From positions 10 to 64,009 of the forward strand of contig JAZQGO010000025.1 of the NCBI GenBank assembly GCA_045540055.1: DNA of 64,000 nt, written 5' to 3'. Shown here piece after piece: positions 16,154 to 27,580 of this stretch. Within the stretch, counting starts at the first letter, position 1. Each line of letters begins with the position of its first letter. A program made the position numbers and the translations under genes. The notes beneath the pieces were generated by a model, which had not been told where the DNA came from, did not search any database, and saw only the letters and a program-made list of their open reading frames with translations. Source of the stretch: Acutalibacteraceae bacterium (GTDB taxonomy: Bacteria; Bacillota; Clostridia; Oscillospirales; Acutalibacteraceae).

Positions 16154-16954
16154 GTGGTGAATATATTGAATATACTGATTATCGGCGGCGATAACCGCCA
16201 AAAAATCTTAAGTGAGAACCTAAAAAAAGCAGGACATATTACCGAGCATATTACACAGAGAAATCAGTTGAATTCAGACTTCAATGAATTTCAATGTATA
16301 GTATTCCCCTATCCTACAACCAAGGATGGAATGACGGTAAACAATACGCTGAGTACTGATAAGATTTTTATTTCGGAAATAGTAAAGAAAATCGGACGTC
16401 AAAAGGTTTTATGCGGCAACTACAGCTTTGTTAATATAGAATACATTGACTATGGTAAAAATGATGAACTGACCTTTCTTAATGCCGTACCAACCGCAGA
16501 GGGTGCTATAGAACTCGCCATCAAAAATACACCACATACTATCTGGAAAAGTAATTGTCTGGTTGTCGGCAACGGTAAATGCGGCAAAATTTTAGCCGAC
16601 CGACTGTCAGGTCTTAAGGCGAATGTTACGGTGTCGGCACGCAAGAATGTGGACTTTGCATATATCGACGCTTGTGGATATAACTTTATTAACACATATG
16701 AAATTGCCAAAACTGCCAATTTATACGATATAATTTTCAATACGGTTGATACGCTTGTAATTGACGAACGGGTGCTTAAAAACTGTAAAAAAAGCTGTCT
16801 GTTGATCGAGCTTGCCTCAGCCCCATACGGAATTGATTTTGATGCAGCCGAAAAATCAGGTCTTGAGGTAATTAACGCACCCGGACTGCCGGGTAAGATT
16901 GCACCCAAAACGGCGGCAGACATACTTACTAACACCATTCTTAAACTTATTTAA
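16154..16954 (+). CDS. dpaA: Dipicolinate synthase subunit A
   Basis: 266 aa, GTG start, IIGGDNRQ and VVGNGKCG Rossmann motifs. Immediately followed by dpaB. Confidence 0.8.
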   Translation: MVNILNILIIGGDNRQKILSENLKKAGHITEHITQRNQLNSDFNEFQCIVFPYPTTKDGMTVNNTLSTDKIFISEIVKKIGRQKVLCGNYSFVNIEYIDYGKNDELTFLNAVPTAEGAIELAIKNTPHTIWKSNCLVVGNGKCGKILADRLSGLKANVTVSARKNVDFAYIDACGYNFINTYEIAKTANLYDIIFNTVDTLVIDERVLKNCKKSCLLIELASAPYGIDFDAAEKSGLEVINAPGLPGKIAPKTAADILTNTILKLI

Positions 16955-16971
16955 ATAAAGAGGAGATATAT

Positions 16972-17550
16972 ATGCATGGAATAACGGCCGGATACGCCTT
17001 GTGCGGCTCCTTTTGCACCATAGCAGAATCAGTTAAACAAATTGAAACACTTAAAAACAGCAAAATCAATGTTATACCGATTATGTCGGAAATAGTATAT
17101 AATACCGATAACCGTTTTAATAAGGCCGACGAACTAAGAGAAAAGGTTAAATCCCTTACAGGAAATCAAATAATTCATACAATAACCGGTGCAGAGCCTA
17201 TAGGTCCTAAGAAACTTCTTGATATACTCATAGTATCCCCCTGCACAGGTAACACACTTGCAAAAATCGCAAACGGAATTACCGACTCGTCGGTTACTAT
17301 GGCTATAAAGGCACACCTGCGTAACAATCGCCCCGTGATTTTGGCAATTGCCACAAATGATGCTCTCGGCGGCTCGGCGGTAAATATCGGTAAGCTACTG
17401 AACACAAAAAACATCTACTTTGTTCCCTTCGGTCAAGATGACCCACAGGGTAAAAACAACTCACTGATTGCCGATTTTGACAAAACCCTCGAAACCGTTT
17501 TTGCGGCAATGAGCGGCGAGCAGCTACAACCTATTCTTATAAACAAATAA
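16972..17550 (+). CDS. dpaB: Dipicolinate synthase subunit B (flavoprotein family)
   Basis: 192 aa with GYALCGSFCT, VSPCTGNTLAKIANGITD. Confidence 0.85.
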   Translation: MHGITAGYALCGSFCTIAESVKQIETLKNSKINVIPIMSEIVYNTDNRFNKADELREKVKSLTGNQIIHTITGAEPIGPKKLLDILIVSPCTGNTLAKIANGITDSSVTMAIKAHLRNNRPVILAIATNDALGGSAVNIGKLLNTKNIYFVPFGQDDPQGKNNSLIADFDKTLETVFAAMSGEQLQPILINK

Positions 17551-17577
17551 AAGGAGTGCGGTGCACTCCTTTTATTT

Positions 17578-20500
17578 TTACAATTCGATTTCTCTACCTA
17601 AAGTGAAGGAATAAATGAGTTTTTGTTTTATAGGCAATTCAAAAATCTTTTGGCACGCTTTAGCGTAAATATTAAGCTGTTCGCTATATGCTGTACTTAA
17701 ATCCTGCTCACTCTTAATTCGGTCAGTTTTAAAGTCTACTACAACAATGCCGCCATCCTCAACAAACACGCAATCGACCGAACCCTGAACTACAATTTTC
17801 TCATCCTTCAAATTTTCAGGCAAATCGGTATTCAGCTCACCTGCAGAAATTTCGGTTAAGAAACGCATTTCACGCTCTACCCTGTTTGCCCGTTTAAGCC
17901 TTTGATAAATATCGCTTTCAAAGAAGGTGCGCACTGCATCAGTGTTAATTGCCTCTTTTTCTTTAAAGGTGATAAATTGCCACTCGTAAAGCCGTTCTAT
18001 TTCGGCCTCAATATCGGCTTCGGCGGTCACAAAGTCGGCAAACTGCATAAATCGGTGTGTAGCCGTGCCAATCTGTGACGATGTCATACCCTTTTTAGTC
18101 ATAAAGGCAGGTGTAGAAGTAAAGCTATAATCGGTCTTTTCTGCCTTGTGTGCCACCTCGGTAACCGATGCCTTAGACTCAATATTCTGCAGTGCATTAT
18201 AGGGATATTCATACGAAATAGCCGCCGTGATTTTTTGCGCTAATGCTTCATCAGGCGTAATCGCATCTGTCTGCAAGGTCTCGCAATTCTCCTCAACCGA
18301 CAAAGAGTTAAAGTCGGTTAATCTGACCGTGATATCCCCTGCATCGCTGTAGGTAATGCCTGTAATTGAGCAGCTTTTGCGTATACAAAAGGATGCCTCG
18401 TGCAGTAGCAGTGCCGAAATTAACCAAGCCGCATATGAGTTGCCGTATGAGATTTTATCGGCATATTCAGGCACGGTTTGACACACAGACAACTGTGCCG
18501 AATAGGCCTCAAATTTTTGTGTTGCATCTTTAAGCGTTGCAGAAATAAACAGTTTTTCCTCTGCTCTGGTCATTGCGACATAAAGAAGTCTTAACTCCTC
18601 AGCCAACTGCTCTTTATGTATGACGGTGGCTATAATCTCTCGAAGCAAAGGTGAAACTGTGACACCGTCGACCGACATTTCGTATTTAAATGCTATGCCC
18701 GACTTTTCGTCAATAAGCAGTCTGTCTGATGTGTCGGCATGACTAAAGGTAGCGGCTGCATCAGCAATAATACATACAGGGAACTGTAAGCCTTTGGACT
18801 TGTGAATTGTCATAAGTGTTACCGAATTTTCACCTGCCAGCGAACCTGCCGCACGAATATTTTTTTCGGCAAGCTTTTCGATATGCTCTATAAACACTGA
18901 TATATTATTAACCGAAGAATTTGCATCGTATGCCGCCGCGAGAGTGCTTAACAACAGCAGATTACTGCGTCGGTTCTCGCCCGACTCCAAGACGCTTACG
19001 ATATTGATAATTCCCGTATCGTCATAAATATAAGAAATCAGTTCTGAAATAGAGCTTGTCGCCGCACAATTAGAATAACGGTTAATAGATGTCAAAAATT
19101 CACGGCATTTTTTATCGCCCTCACCAGCACTCACAATAACGGCAGATAAAAGACTGCCACCGCGCTTTGAAAGCCTGATATTAGCGACCTCGTCGGCGCT
19201 GAACATAAACACAGGTGACATCAAGGTAGCAGCCAGAGCAATATCTCTCGTGGGGTTTTCAATTACCTTAAGCAGTGAAAAAATCATCTGAATTTCGGCA
19301 GTTTTTACATACCCGTCAAGGTCATACGAAACGGGTATACCGTATTTTTCAAGCAAGGCAGCATATGTCGCGCCCTTATTTGCAAGCGATCTGAAAAGCA
19401 AGGTAAAATCGCTGAATCTCGGTTTTCGCAAAAGCTTTGTCTGTTTATCGGTAACGACGCCATTCTTTATAAAGTTATGAATAAATTCAGCGACATTCTT
19501 GGCATCGGCCTCAGTAGAGCTTGCAGCACCCGACGGGTCAACAAATGCAATCTCAACGTCGGTTTGATTGTTTTCTTCAAATTCTGCCGAGAAAATTAAG
19601 TGGTCGCTTTTATCATATTTCAGTACACTTTTTTCACCCGTCATCATAATATCGAAAAAGAAGTTTACAAAATCGCATACTCCCTTTCGGCTTCTGAAGT
19701 TATTGCCGAGAACTATTTTTTTAAGATCATTTTCAGATGCTGAATCAAAAGAAACATACCTATCCTTTTTATCGCTGAAATTTTTAGGATTAGCACCTCT
19801 GAAACGGTAGATGCTTTGTTTCAGGTCACCAACGACAAATAATTTAGACTCATTATCAGATAAAACCGAAAATAGAATATCCTGCATATTATTGGTATCC
19901 TGAAACTCGTCAACCAACACTTCGTCAAATCGGTTAATTATATTTTCGGCATCTTCCCTTAAAACTATTTCGCCCGATTTATATTCGCATAGCAGCGACA
20001 GCGCCAGATGCTCGGTATCAGAAAAGGTCATAATATTATTTTCTTGGCGCTTTTGCTTGTAAAGTGTAGAAAACTCAAGCGTCAATTTTAAAAGGCTTGC
20101 CGTAAGCAGAGCCGCCGTTTTTGAGTCAGACAGCACCGTTTCATAATCGGCATAAAACAGCTTTTTAAGACCTGCAATTAAAGCCTTTGCCTCATCTCTG
20201 AGCGTCTTAGCACTTATCGCCTCAGGTATATCGTTTATACCCTTAATACGCGGCAAATCAGCAAACCTAAAGGTAGTTACCAGCTGATGCATTTTATCAA
20301 AATCAGATTTTTTGCAATTTTTCAGTAATATTTCAATATCACGAATGCCGTCAGAAAAATTGGGCACCAGCTTATCACATAACTCGGGTATATACTTAAT
20401 AGCTTCAATCGCCACCTGCATTTTATCAATAGCTTGTGTTATCTTTTCTTCTGCAATATTAAACGCTATATCAAAACTGGCGTCAATACTTGTGGTGTTA

Positions 20501-21093
20501 AAGCAATTTTCCAACTGCTCTGCTATCCATTCATCAGGGAAAGGCATATTCTGAGAAAATCTGTAGACCTCTTGAATGTATTTTCTCAAATCGCCCTCAT
20601 CAAAATCGTTTGATACCGCATCGGTCAGCATTTTAAATTCATCGGTTGCCTGCGCAAAACTATTATTTAAAACCTCGCTTAAAGCATTTTCTGACAGCAA
20701 CATTAAATACCCTTCATCGCCAATGGCAAAATCGGGATTTATGCCTAAACGGTCAAAATTCTCTCTTATAAGCTCAATACAAAATGAGTCGATAGTACAT
20801 ATTTTTGCATTTCGCAATTGAAGCCTTTGTTTAACAAGAAAATGATTGTCGGGGTCTTTACGACACTCCTCATTAAGTCTCTTTTCAATACGAATACGCA
20901 TTTCCTTTGCGGCAGCATCGGTAAAGGTTACAACCAACAGTCTGTCGGCATCTATCGGGTTTTCACCGCATAGCTTCTGAATAACCCTCTCAACTAAAAC
21001 CGCCGTCTTGCCCGAACCTGCCGCGGCCGACACGAGCGTTCCCGAAGACGCAAAAATGGCGTTCTTCTGGGGTTTTGTAGGATTAAATGCCAT
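17578..21093 (-). CDS. addA: ATP-dependent helicase/nuclease subunit A (AddA)
   Basis: 1171 aa. UvrD-type motifs (AAAGSGKT, VDEFQDTN, YRFRGA, TIHKSKGLQFP) plus a C-terminal RecB nuclease motif (GSVDCVF...VVDFKTD). Confidence 0.9.
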   Translation of the reverse strand: MAFNPTKPQKNAIFASSGTLVSAAAGSGKTAVLVERVIQKLCGENPIDADRLLVVTFTDAAAKEMRIRIEKRLNEECRKDPDNHFLVKQRLQLRNAKICTIDSFCIELIRENFDRLGINPDFAIGDEGYLMLLSENALSEVLNNSFAQATDEFKMLTDAVSNDFDEGDLRKYIQEVYRFSQNMPFPDEWIAEQLENCFNTTSIDASFDIAFNIAEEKITQAIDKMQVAIEAIKYIPELCDKLVPNFSDGIRDIEILLKNCKKSDFDKMHQLVTTFRFADLPRIKGINDIPEAISAKTLRDEAKALIAGLKKLFYADYETVLSDSKTAALLTASLLKLTLEFSTLYKQKRQENNIMTFSDTEHLALSLLCEYKSGEIVLREDAENIINRFDEVLVDEFQDTNNMQDILFSVLSDNESKLFVVGDLKQSIYRFRGANPKNFSDKKDRYVSFDSASENDLKKIVLGNNFRSRKGVCDFVNFFFDIMMTGEKSVLKYDKSDHLIFSAEFEENNQTDVEIAFVDPSGAASSTEADAKNVAEFIHNFIKNGVVTDKQTKLLRKPRFSDFTLLFRSLANKGATYAALLEKYGIPVSYDLDGYVKTAEIQMIFSLLKVIENPTRDIALAATLMSPVFMFSADEVANIRLSKRGGSLLSAVIVSAGEGDKKCREFLTSINRYSNCAATSSISELISYIYDDTGIINIVSVLESGENRRSNLLLLSTLAAAYDANSSVNNISVFIEHIEKLAEKNIRAAGSLAGENSVTLMTIHKSKGLQFPVCIIADAAATFSHADTSDRLLIDEKSGIAFKYEMSVDGVTVSPLLREIIATVIHKEQLAEELRLLYVAMTRAEEKLFISATLKDATQKFEAYSAQLSVCQTVPEYADKISYGNSYAAWLISALLLHEASFCIRKSCSITGITYSDAGDITVRLTDFNSLSVEENCETLQTDAITPDEALAQKITAAISYEYPYNALQNIESKASVTEVAHKAEKTDYSFTSTPAFMTKKGMTSSQIGTATHRFMQFADFVTAEADIEAEIERLYEWQFITFKEKEAINTDAVRTFFESDIYQRLKRANRVEREMRFLTEISAGELNTDLPENLKDEKIVVQGSVDCVFVEDGGIVVVDFKTDRIKSEQDLSTAYSEQLNIYAKACQKIFELPIKQKLIYSFTLGREIEL

Positions 21094-24000
21094 TATTTCA
21101 CCTCCTCATTGATTTTGAGTAAAACCTCTGAATTTTTCATTTTTTCAGCCTTAATGTGTGGCTTGTCCTCAATACAACAAATAGAGTAATAATCACAATA
21201 TTTGCATGCGTCGCTATCAAGTCCGTCGGTGGGTGTGGCACCGATTTCGCCGTTATAAATACAGCTACCCATATTTTTAAGCAGCTTATCAATATAGTCA
21301 AAAATACCTTCAAACATTTCTGGTGATACAAATGAATTGTTTTTGATTTTACCCTCTTTTGTGTATTCAAGCTTTGGAATAAACTCGCCTGAATTCTCTT
21401 TATCCATCGCGCGCACAATTTCCTCGTCCTCAAGAATTATACCGTTCATGGTAAGTTTTGTGTCCTCCCTTTCCCTTTTGGACGGCATATACAAAACGCC
21501 TGCAGGAAGCAGAGAATTTAAGTCCGCATTACCGCAACGGATAACGGAATACAGGTAGATCAGCATCTGCATATTAAGGCCTAACAGAATATCGGGCAGC
21601 TTGAATATTTTAGTACCGGTCTTATAGTCTACAACCCTTAAGTAGCCCCGCCACATATCAACTCGGTCAATACTGCCGATAATTGAAAACTGCGCCTGCT
21701 CACCCACGGTTATAGGACGGCTTTCAACCGTCTTACCACTGCCTATTTCTAATTCGCAATAGGCGGGTTTAAAGTCGGACTGTGAAAATTCACGAACAAT
21801 GTGGTAAACCACATCCTTTACAATAAGCGCAATTTTGGTGACCAAAAACTTAAGTCGCTCGGTTTCAATACTGCGATATCCCGGTATGCCCGATAAATAA
21901 TCGTTAATATAATCATCAACAAGTCTATCGGTCTGCGGGCGGTCTAATTGGGTAAGCCTGTCGCCCTGCTCGGTAATGATGCGTTGCATAACATAATGCA
22001 CAATGGTACCTCGCTGAAGCGCATCAAAGCTTGCAGGTTGAATTCTCTTAAGTCCCAAGCCATATTTACAAAAATATGAAAAACGGCAACGGTGGAAGGT
22101 GTCAAACTGCGTAGCAGACATAAATATATTCTTACCGAATAACCTGTCGGCCGTCTTACTTTCTATGAATGATTTCGTCTTATCGCTGGTGTGGATATAT
22201 TTTTCGATTGAAATATCACTTATATCTTTAAGTGCCAGCTCGATAGTTTTTGAAAAACGTGGATTTTTACGGTATTCGCCACACATTTTGGTTTCAGCCG
22301 TACTAAAGGTTTCGGGCATTGCTTCTTCAGCACTCAGTTTATCATAATCTAAAACCTTTAAACTAGGTATAAAGCTCGCCAGTGTATCAACAATGATTGA
22401 TGGCTCAGACGGTTTACCGTCACTACTGTTTGATGAATATGATAAAAATAGGCGTTCACTTGCACAACAAAGCGAAGTATAGGCAAGATAATCTTCATCT
22501 ATTACCGCCGTAAAGCCGGTGCCGCTAAGCTCTAAACCGCCCTCTATCAGCCGCTGTCTTTCGCTATCAGCAAAGATACCCTTAGAGCTGACGGCTTTCG
22601 GGAATTCGTTCTGATTAAGTCCCAGAATAAAGGCAACCTTTGGTCTTGACGGCTTGATACGGTCAGCAGAGCCGAAGGTTACTTCGTCAAGCATTTGCGG
22701 AATATTACCGATTGTCGCATAGCTTACCGCCAGTTTCCACGCATCTATAAATTCCTTTACAGTTACTTCCTTTTCGGGCAGGCACTTAACTATGCCGTCG
22801 AAAATCTGCATAACAATATCCCAAGACTGTCTTGTATCATCAGCCTCGGCCAGCATTCCTTCATCGGTTAATTGAGTTGCGTATCGGTTTAGTTTTTCGG
22901 CTACACCGCATTCCCTTAAACATGCAAGTATAGCCTTAACCATATCGGCAGGCGTGCCCTTGAATTTATTTAAGAAACTATCAAGCACCGAAACGGTATG
23001 ACTTCTTATGGCGTTAATTTTTGAAAGTGCTTTTTTTGCGTCCTCTTTATAATATTCTTTAACGGCGCCAAACTCTCGTGGGTTCATATCCCATTCATCG
23101 CGCCACTGCGCACCAACAATATTCCAAAGGTAAATGTAATTACTTATTTCGAAAATATCCTCGTTATTGTCAAGCACAAGTCCTGTTTTAAGCAGACTTA
23201 AGATATTATCGGTAGAAAAAGATAAGCATAATGATAGCAAGGAATCAATAAATAACGTCAGCGGCAGATATGTAATGGGCTTACGCTTGTCAGAAAAGCA
23301 GAACACACCATTAGATTTACAAGCACGGATAACCGACGTCTGATACTTTTCGGCATCGCGACAGATAATAACAAAATCACGATACCTATAGCCACGAGTC
23401 CTGACAAGTCGTCTTATTGTTTGTGCGGCAAACATAGCTTCATCATAATTTGAACTACATCTGCAAAGTGTAATATACTCTGTGGGTGTATCTGATAAAT
23501 CATCTTTTATATTAAGCAAGGCCTTTTCTACAGCGCACAGTTCATCATTCTTATAATACTGCCGGCTAAGTTTTACCGAATCGGCAACAACGCATTTGTG
23601 TTTTTCGGCAAGCCTTTTAATTTTATCGGCTGTTTTTCTGACATTATAAAAAATGTCATTTTTATCACTTTTAAGTTCATCTGTAGTAAGACAGCAAATA
23701 ACGTCCTTTGCCTGTGATAAAATACGCTCAATTATCTTATATTGCTGACCCGTAAAGTTTTTAAACGAATCAATATATACCGTCTTATTTTCAAAATATT
23801 TGTAGGTTTGCAGGCTTTCGTTTAATCTGCTGATACTGTCGGCAGGGTCTAAAAACTGAATTCCGAGCAGAGCATTATATGCCCCGTAAATAAGCGCCAA
23901 ATCATTAAGCTTATTGTTAAGGTAACTTTCGGTTACGGTATCGGCTACTGATGATAAATCCTCGGGTGAAATCGCATAGGTCTTAAGCTCGGTAATGGTT

Positions 24001-24371
24001 GAGGCAAGAGTTTTAGCAAATCTTGGTGAGTTTTTATATCTACCCCAAAGTTTAAGATTATCTGCAACAGAGCCCATTGCACGAAAAATCAAGAGAACTC
24101 TGTCAAATTCGGTAATAACATCGGCAACACGTCCGCCTACTTTGCGGCAGACTTCATCATAAAGGCGGGTAAAGCTGAGCACCGATACATCGGTAGATGA
24201 CTTGTCCCCTAAGGTATGAAGGAGTGTTCGCTCACTCTCAAATGTAAACTGTTCGGGCACAAGCAGTACAACATCCTTACCGTCCCCGACATCTTTTTTG
24301 ATGCGCTCAAAAACAGTATAGGTCTTACCTGTAGCGGCTCTGCCGTAAATGAACTGTAACATAAGACTCAC
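21093..24371 (-). CDS. addB: ATP-dependent helicase/nuclease subunit B (AddB)
   Basis: 1092 aa with GRAATGKT Walker A, nuclease motif RVVDYKTG and a C-terminal Cys cluster (CKYCDYYSICC). Start/stop overlap with addA. Confidence 0.9.
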   Translation of the reverse strand: MSLMLQFIYGRAATGKTYTVFERIKKDVGDGKDVVLLVPEQFTFESERTLLHTLGDKSSTDVSVLSFTRLYDEVCRKVGGRVADVITEFDRVLLIFRAMGSVADNLKLWGRYKNSPRFAKTLASTITELKTYAISPEDLSSVADTVTESYLNNKLNDLALIYGAYNALLGIQFLDPADSISRLNESLQTYKYFENKTVYIDSFKNFTGQQYKIIERILSQAKDVICCLTTDELKSDKNDIFYNVRKTADKIKRLAEKHKCVVADSVKLSRQYYKNDELCAVEKALLNIKDDLSDTPTEYITLCRCSSNYDEAMFAAQTIRRLVRTRGYRYRDFVIICRDAEKYQTSVIRACKSNGVFCFSDKRKPITYLPLTLFIDSLLSLCLSFSTDNILSLLKTGLVLDNNEDIFEISNYIYLWNIVGAQWRDEWDMNPREFGAVKEYYKEDAKKALSKINAIRSHTVSVLDSFLNKFKGTPADMVKAILACLRECGVAEKLNRYATQLTDEGMLAEADDTRQSWDIVMQIFDGIVKCLPEKEVTVKEFIDAWKLAVSYATIGNIPQMLDEVTFGSADRIKPSRPKVAFILGLNQNEFPKAVSSKGIFADSERQRLIEGGLELSGTGFTAVIDEDYLAYTSLCCASERLFLSYSSNSSDGKPSEPSIIVDTLASFIPSLKVLDYDKLSAEEAMPETFSTAETKMCGEYRKNPRFSKTIELALKDISDISIEKYIHTSDKTKSFIESKTADRLFGKNIFMSATQFDTFHRCRFSYFCKYGLGLKRIQPASFDALQRGTIVHYVMQRIITEQGDRLTQLDRPQTDRLVDDYINDYLSGIPGYRSIETERLKFLVTKIALIVKDVVYHIVREFSQSDFKPAYCELEIGSGKTVESRPITVGEQAQFSIIGSIDRVDMWRGYLRVVDYKTGTKIFKLPDILLGLNMQMLIYLYSVIRCGNADLNSLLPAGVLYMPSKREREDTKLTMNGIILEDEEIVRAMDKENSGEFIPKLEYTKEGKIKNNSFVSPEMFEGIFDYIDKLLKNMGSCIYNGEIGATPTDGLDSDACKYCDYYSICCIEDKPHIKAEKMKNSEVLLKINEEVK

Positions 24372-24405
24372 CTCATGATATATTTTATCATAAGGTGAGT
24401 CTTTT

Positions 24406-24675
24406 TTAAAGTAAAAATATGTACCTTAAACACGCAAAAAGACATATTACAGGCACATTTCCTATCAAAGTACCAATAACCGTACACTCGTTTATAGGAA
24501 TTTTGACGCCTGTCGCAAAGCTTGTAAGGTTAATTATGGCAAAAACCGTAATCGAAATTGTTGTATTTAAGAGTAAATACCGCTTTTTGTTTTTAATTTT
24601 AACGAAAAAGTATATGTAAAAAATCAAATACAATCCTAAAAAAATCCATACACACCAATTAAAAATTTCCATCAT
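24406..24675 (-). CDS. Small membrane protein, BofA-like (pro-sigma-K processing inhibitor family)
   Basis: 89 aa, 2-3 TM. The C-terminal GVKIPINECTVIGTLIGNVPVI resembles BofA G.H.PIN..T...SG.LGIPG. Confidence 0.4.
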   Translation of the reverse strand: MMEIFNWCVWIFLGLYLIFYIYFFVKIKNKKRYLLLNTTISITVFAIINLTSFATGVKIPINECTVIGTLIGNVPVICLFACLRYIFLL

Positions 24676-24758
24676 TCCAGCACCTTTATATTATTTATAT
24701 AATATTATGCTGAAACAGCGAAAAATATTAAAAGCAGTCCAAAAGGACTGCTTTTACT

Positions 24759-25997
24759 TTATCTCTTTAAGAGAACTTCTTTTTCATATTCTCTTACAAT
24801 ATTTAACCATTCGTTATCACTCGGTACGCCCGACTGCTTGCAGAACTCATCCCACACCTCGCCTAACGGATAGGTTTTAACCTGCTCCTGCAGTACCATA
24901 AGCGAGGTATAGTCCATATCATCCTGCATCTTTGCAAGTGCGGCATTGGGTGATAAAAGTGCATAAAGTAATGCCTTTTGTGCGTTGCGCATACCCACAA
25001 TCCAAGCGGCGACACGGTTGATTGACGCATCAAAATAGTCAAGCGCTATAAGAACTCTGTCAAGCGCATTGTTACGCACGATTTCCTTCATAATCTCTCT
25101 TGTTTCATCATCAAATAAAACAACGTGGTCGCTATCCCAACGAACAGGACGTGAAACGTGAAGCGCAACCTTGTCGTTAAAGAGTAGCATTGAGGAAATT
25201 TTATCCGAAACATATTCGGTTGGATGATAATGACCGTTATCCATAAGCGGTGTGATGTTATTTTTAGCAGAATAGCTGATATAAAATTCGCTTGAACCGA
25301 CTGTATAGGATTCAACACCGATACCGAAAACCTTTGATTCAAGTGTAACAATTACCTTGTTTTTATCATATTCGGTCTCAAAAATCTTATCGAGAGAAGC
25401 CTTAAGACGTGCACGAGGAGCCAAGCGGTCGGCAGGAATATCCTTAAGGCCGTCGGGTACCCAAATATTCATAACGGTGGGTTTACCCAGCTCATCGGCA
25501 AAATATTCCGAAATTTTTATACAAGCAATACAGTGTCTGATCCAGAATTCACGAATTTCCTTATCGGGATGAGATAAGGTCATTCCGTCAGCCTTTGGAT
25601 GTGAGAAACAGGTCGGGTTAAAGTCAAGACCTACACCATGCTTTTTAGCGAACTCAACCCACTTTTTAAAGTGCTTAGGCTCTAAAGCATCACGGTCTGC
25701 CCACTCGCCGCCCTCAAAAATAGGATAGCAAGCATGAAGATTGATTTTATGAGTACCTGGAATTAAGGACATTGCCTTTTCAATGTCTGCCATCAGCTCC
25801 TGCGGTGTGGTGGCACGACCGGGATAATTACCCGTAGTCTGAATACCGCCCGTCAAGTCTCCGACCGTGTCAAAACCGATAACGTCGTCACCCTGCCAAC
25901 AATGCATTGAAATTGATACATTTTTAAGTGTATCAATGGCCTTGTCTGTATCTATACCTAAAGCGGCATACTTGTTTTTTGCTTCAATATAAGACAT
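24759..25997 (-). CDS. rhaA: L-rhamnose isomerase
   Basis: 412 aa; N-terminus ...AK..Y...GIDTD.A...L....[10 protein letters not shown] is typical of RhaA. Confidence 0.9.
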   Translation of the reverse strand: MSYIEAKNKYAALGIDTDKAIDTLKNVSISMHCWQGDDVIGFDTVGDLTGGIQTTGNYPGRATTPQELMADIEKAMSLIPGTHKINLHACYPIFEGGEWADRDALEPKHFKKWVEFAKKHGVGLDFNPTCFSHPKADGMTLSHPDKEIREFWIRHCIACIKISEYFADELGKPTVMNIWVPDGLKDIPADRLAPRARLKASLDKIFETEYDKNKVIVTLESKVFGIGVESYTVGSSEFYISYSAKNNITPLMDNGHYHPTEYVSDKISSMLLFNDKVALHVSRPVRWDSDHVVLFDDETREIMKEIVRNNALDRVLIALDYFDASINRVAAWIVGMRNAQKALLYALLSPNAALAKMQDDMDYTSLMVLQEQVKTYPLGEVWDEFCKQSGVPSDNEWLNIVREYEKEVLLKR

Positions 25998-26020
25998 AAC
26001 TATATCTCCTCGTATATTTA

Positions 26021-27421
26021 TTAATTTTCAAATCTTGTGAGCTTTGAAGACGCTGCAATACAGCGTCTTGCAGCCTTAAGGTCGGCAAGGTCACCGTTAG
26101 CAATCATTTGAACTGCCAAGTTACCGATAGCAGTCGCCTCTGACGGACCTGCAATTACGGTTTTGCCTGTGTATTTAGCGGTAAGACTGTTAAGATATTC
26201 GTCCTTTGAGCCACCGCCTACAATATGTATAGTATCATATTTTTGACCTGTTAGTGCTTCAATTTCTTCGCAGGCATTCTTATAGCAAACCGCAAGACTG
26301 TTGTAAATAACAGCGGCAATTTCGCCAACCGTTTCTGGCACCTTCTGACCCGAAGTGGCGCAAGCGATCTTTACAGCCTCAATCATACTGTCGGGCGCTA
26401 AGAACATATCGTCCTGACAGTTAACAATTGACTTAATATCTGCCGCCATAGCCTGCTGACAAATTGCATCAAAGGAATATTTATTATCCCATTCCTTTTT
26501 AACCGACTGTAGCATCCAAAGTCCCATAATGTTTTTAAGATAACGGAAGCGGTAATCATAACCGCCCTCGTTAGTGAGGTTGGCTTTACGGCTTCCTTCC
26601 GAACAATTTGCCTTCTTAATTTCGGTGCCGAGTAGTGACCAAGTACCAGAGCTTATATATAGCGCAGTATCTTCCTCGACAGGTACCGCCACAACGGCAG
26701 AGCCTGTATCGTGTGTTGCGGGTAATACAACCGACGCATTAAAGCCGACCTTAGCGGCAATATCAGCAGTCAGAGGCCCTACAACCGTACCGGGCTTGCA
26801 AATCTTTTGGAAAATTCTTCTCGGATAGCCCAGTTTATCAATAAGCTCATAATTCCAATCCTTTGTTTCGGGGTCAACGAGTTGCGAAGTTGTACATTCG
26901 GTGTATTCGGCATTTTTTTCGCCCGTAAGCACAAAGGTCAGATATTCAGGTATCATAAGCATTGCCTGTGCTTTTTCAAGCTGTTCGGGATTTTGCTTCT
27001 TTAACGCCATTAACTGATAAATGGTGTTGTACTTCTGCTTTTGAATACCCGAAATATAATAAAGCTCCTCTTCACTGTAAAATTCGCCAATATACTTTTC
27101 CATACCATTGGTACGGGAATCTCTGTAACCAACAACATCACCGATGATTTCATCATTTTCATCAAGCAGCGCAAAGTCAACACCCCAGGTGTCGATACCG
27201 ATGGTTGCCGGTATCTTACCTATTTCACTGCATTTCTTAATGCCGTTGATAACTTCATTCTTAAGGTTTTCGATGTCCCAACATAAATGACCGTCAATCT
27301 TATTCAGTCCGTTAGAAAAGCGGTAGATTTCTTCGGTTTTAATTTTACCGTTTTCAAGACTTCCTAAAATGTGACGACCACTGGAAGCACCTATGTCTAT
27401 TGCTAAATAATACGTAGGCAT
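26021..27421 (-). CDS. rhaB: Rhamnulokinase (FGGY kinase family)
   Basis: 466 aa with [29 protein letters not shown]. Adjacent to rhaA. Confidence 0.85.
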   Translation of the reverse strand: MPTYYLAIDIGASSGRHILGSLENGKIKTEEIYRFSNGLNKIDGHLCWDIENLKNEVINGIKKCSEIGKIPATIGIDTWGVDFALLDENDEIIGDVVGYRDSRTNGMEKYIGEFYSEEELYYISGIQKQKYNTIYQLMALKKQNPEQLEKAQAMLMIPEYLTFVLTGEKNAEYTECTTSQLVDPETKDWNYELIDKLGYPRRIFQKICKPGTVVGPLTADIAAKVGFNASVVLPATHDTGSAVVAVPVEEDTALYISSGTWSLLGTEIKKANCSEGSRKANLTNEGGYDYRFRYLKNIMGLWMLQSVKKEWDNKYSFDAICQQAMAADIKSIVNCQDDMFLAPDSMIEAVKIACATSGQKVPETVGEIAAVIYNSLAVCYKNACEEIEALTGQKYDTIHIVGGGSKDEYLNSLTAKYTGKTVIAGPSEATAIGNLAVQMIANGDLADLKAARRCIAASSKLTRFEN

Positions 27422-27501
27422 ATTGCCACCTCCTAATATATCAAATATATAATACTATAAATTACCATAAAAATCTATAGTTTTGATAAAAAAATAAAAA
27501 A

Positions 27502-27575
27502 GACCACAACCGAATTTGATATGCACCCAAAAAGTGTCTAAACTTTTGGGTGCACTTCAGTTAACGGTTATGGTC
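27502..27575 (-). terminator. Nested long hairpin 3' of the DUF4097 gene
   Basis: Inner stem tgcacccaaaa/ttttgggtgca (27522-27554) sits inside an outer 11-bp stem with 10/11 pairing, gaccacaaccg/cggttatggtc. Confidence 0.5.
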
Positions 27576-27580
27576 ACAAT

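Noticed and set aside
24759-27421. rhaB-rhaA without rhaD, rhaM, a regulator or a transporter in the window, considered as a possible incomplete pathway
   Set aside because: Rhamnose genes are often split across loci in Clostridia. Absence from a 64-kb window is not evidence of absence from the genome.
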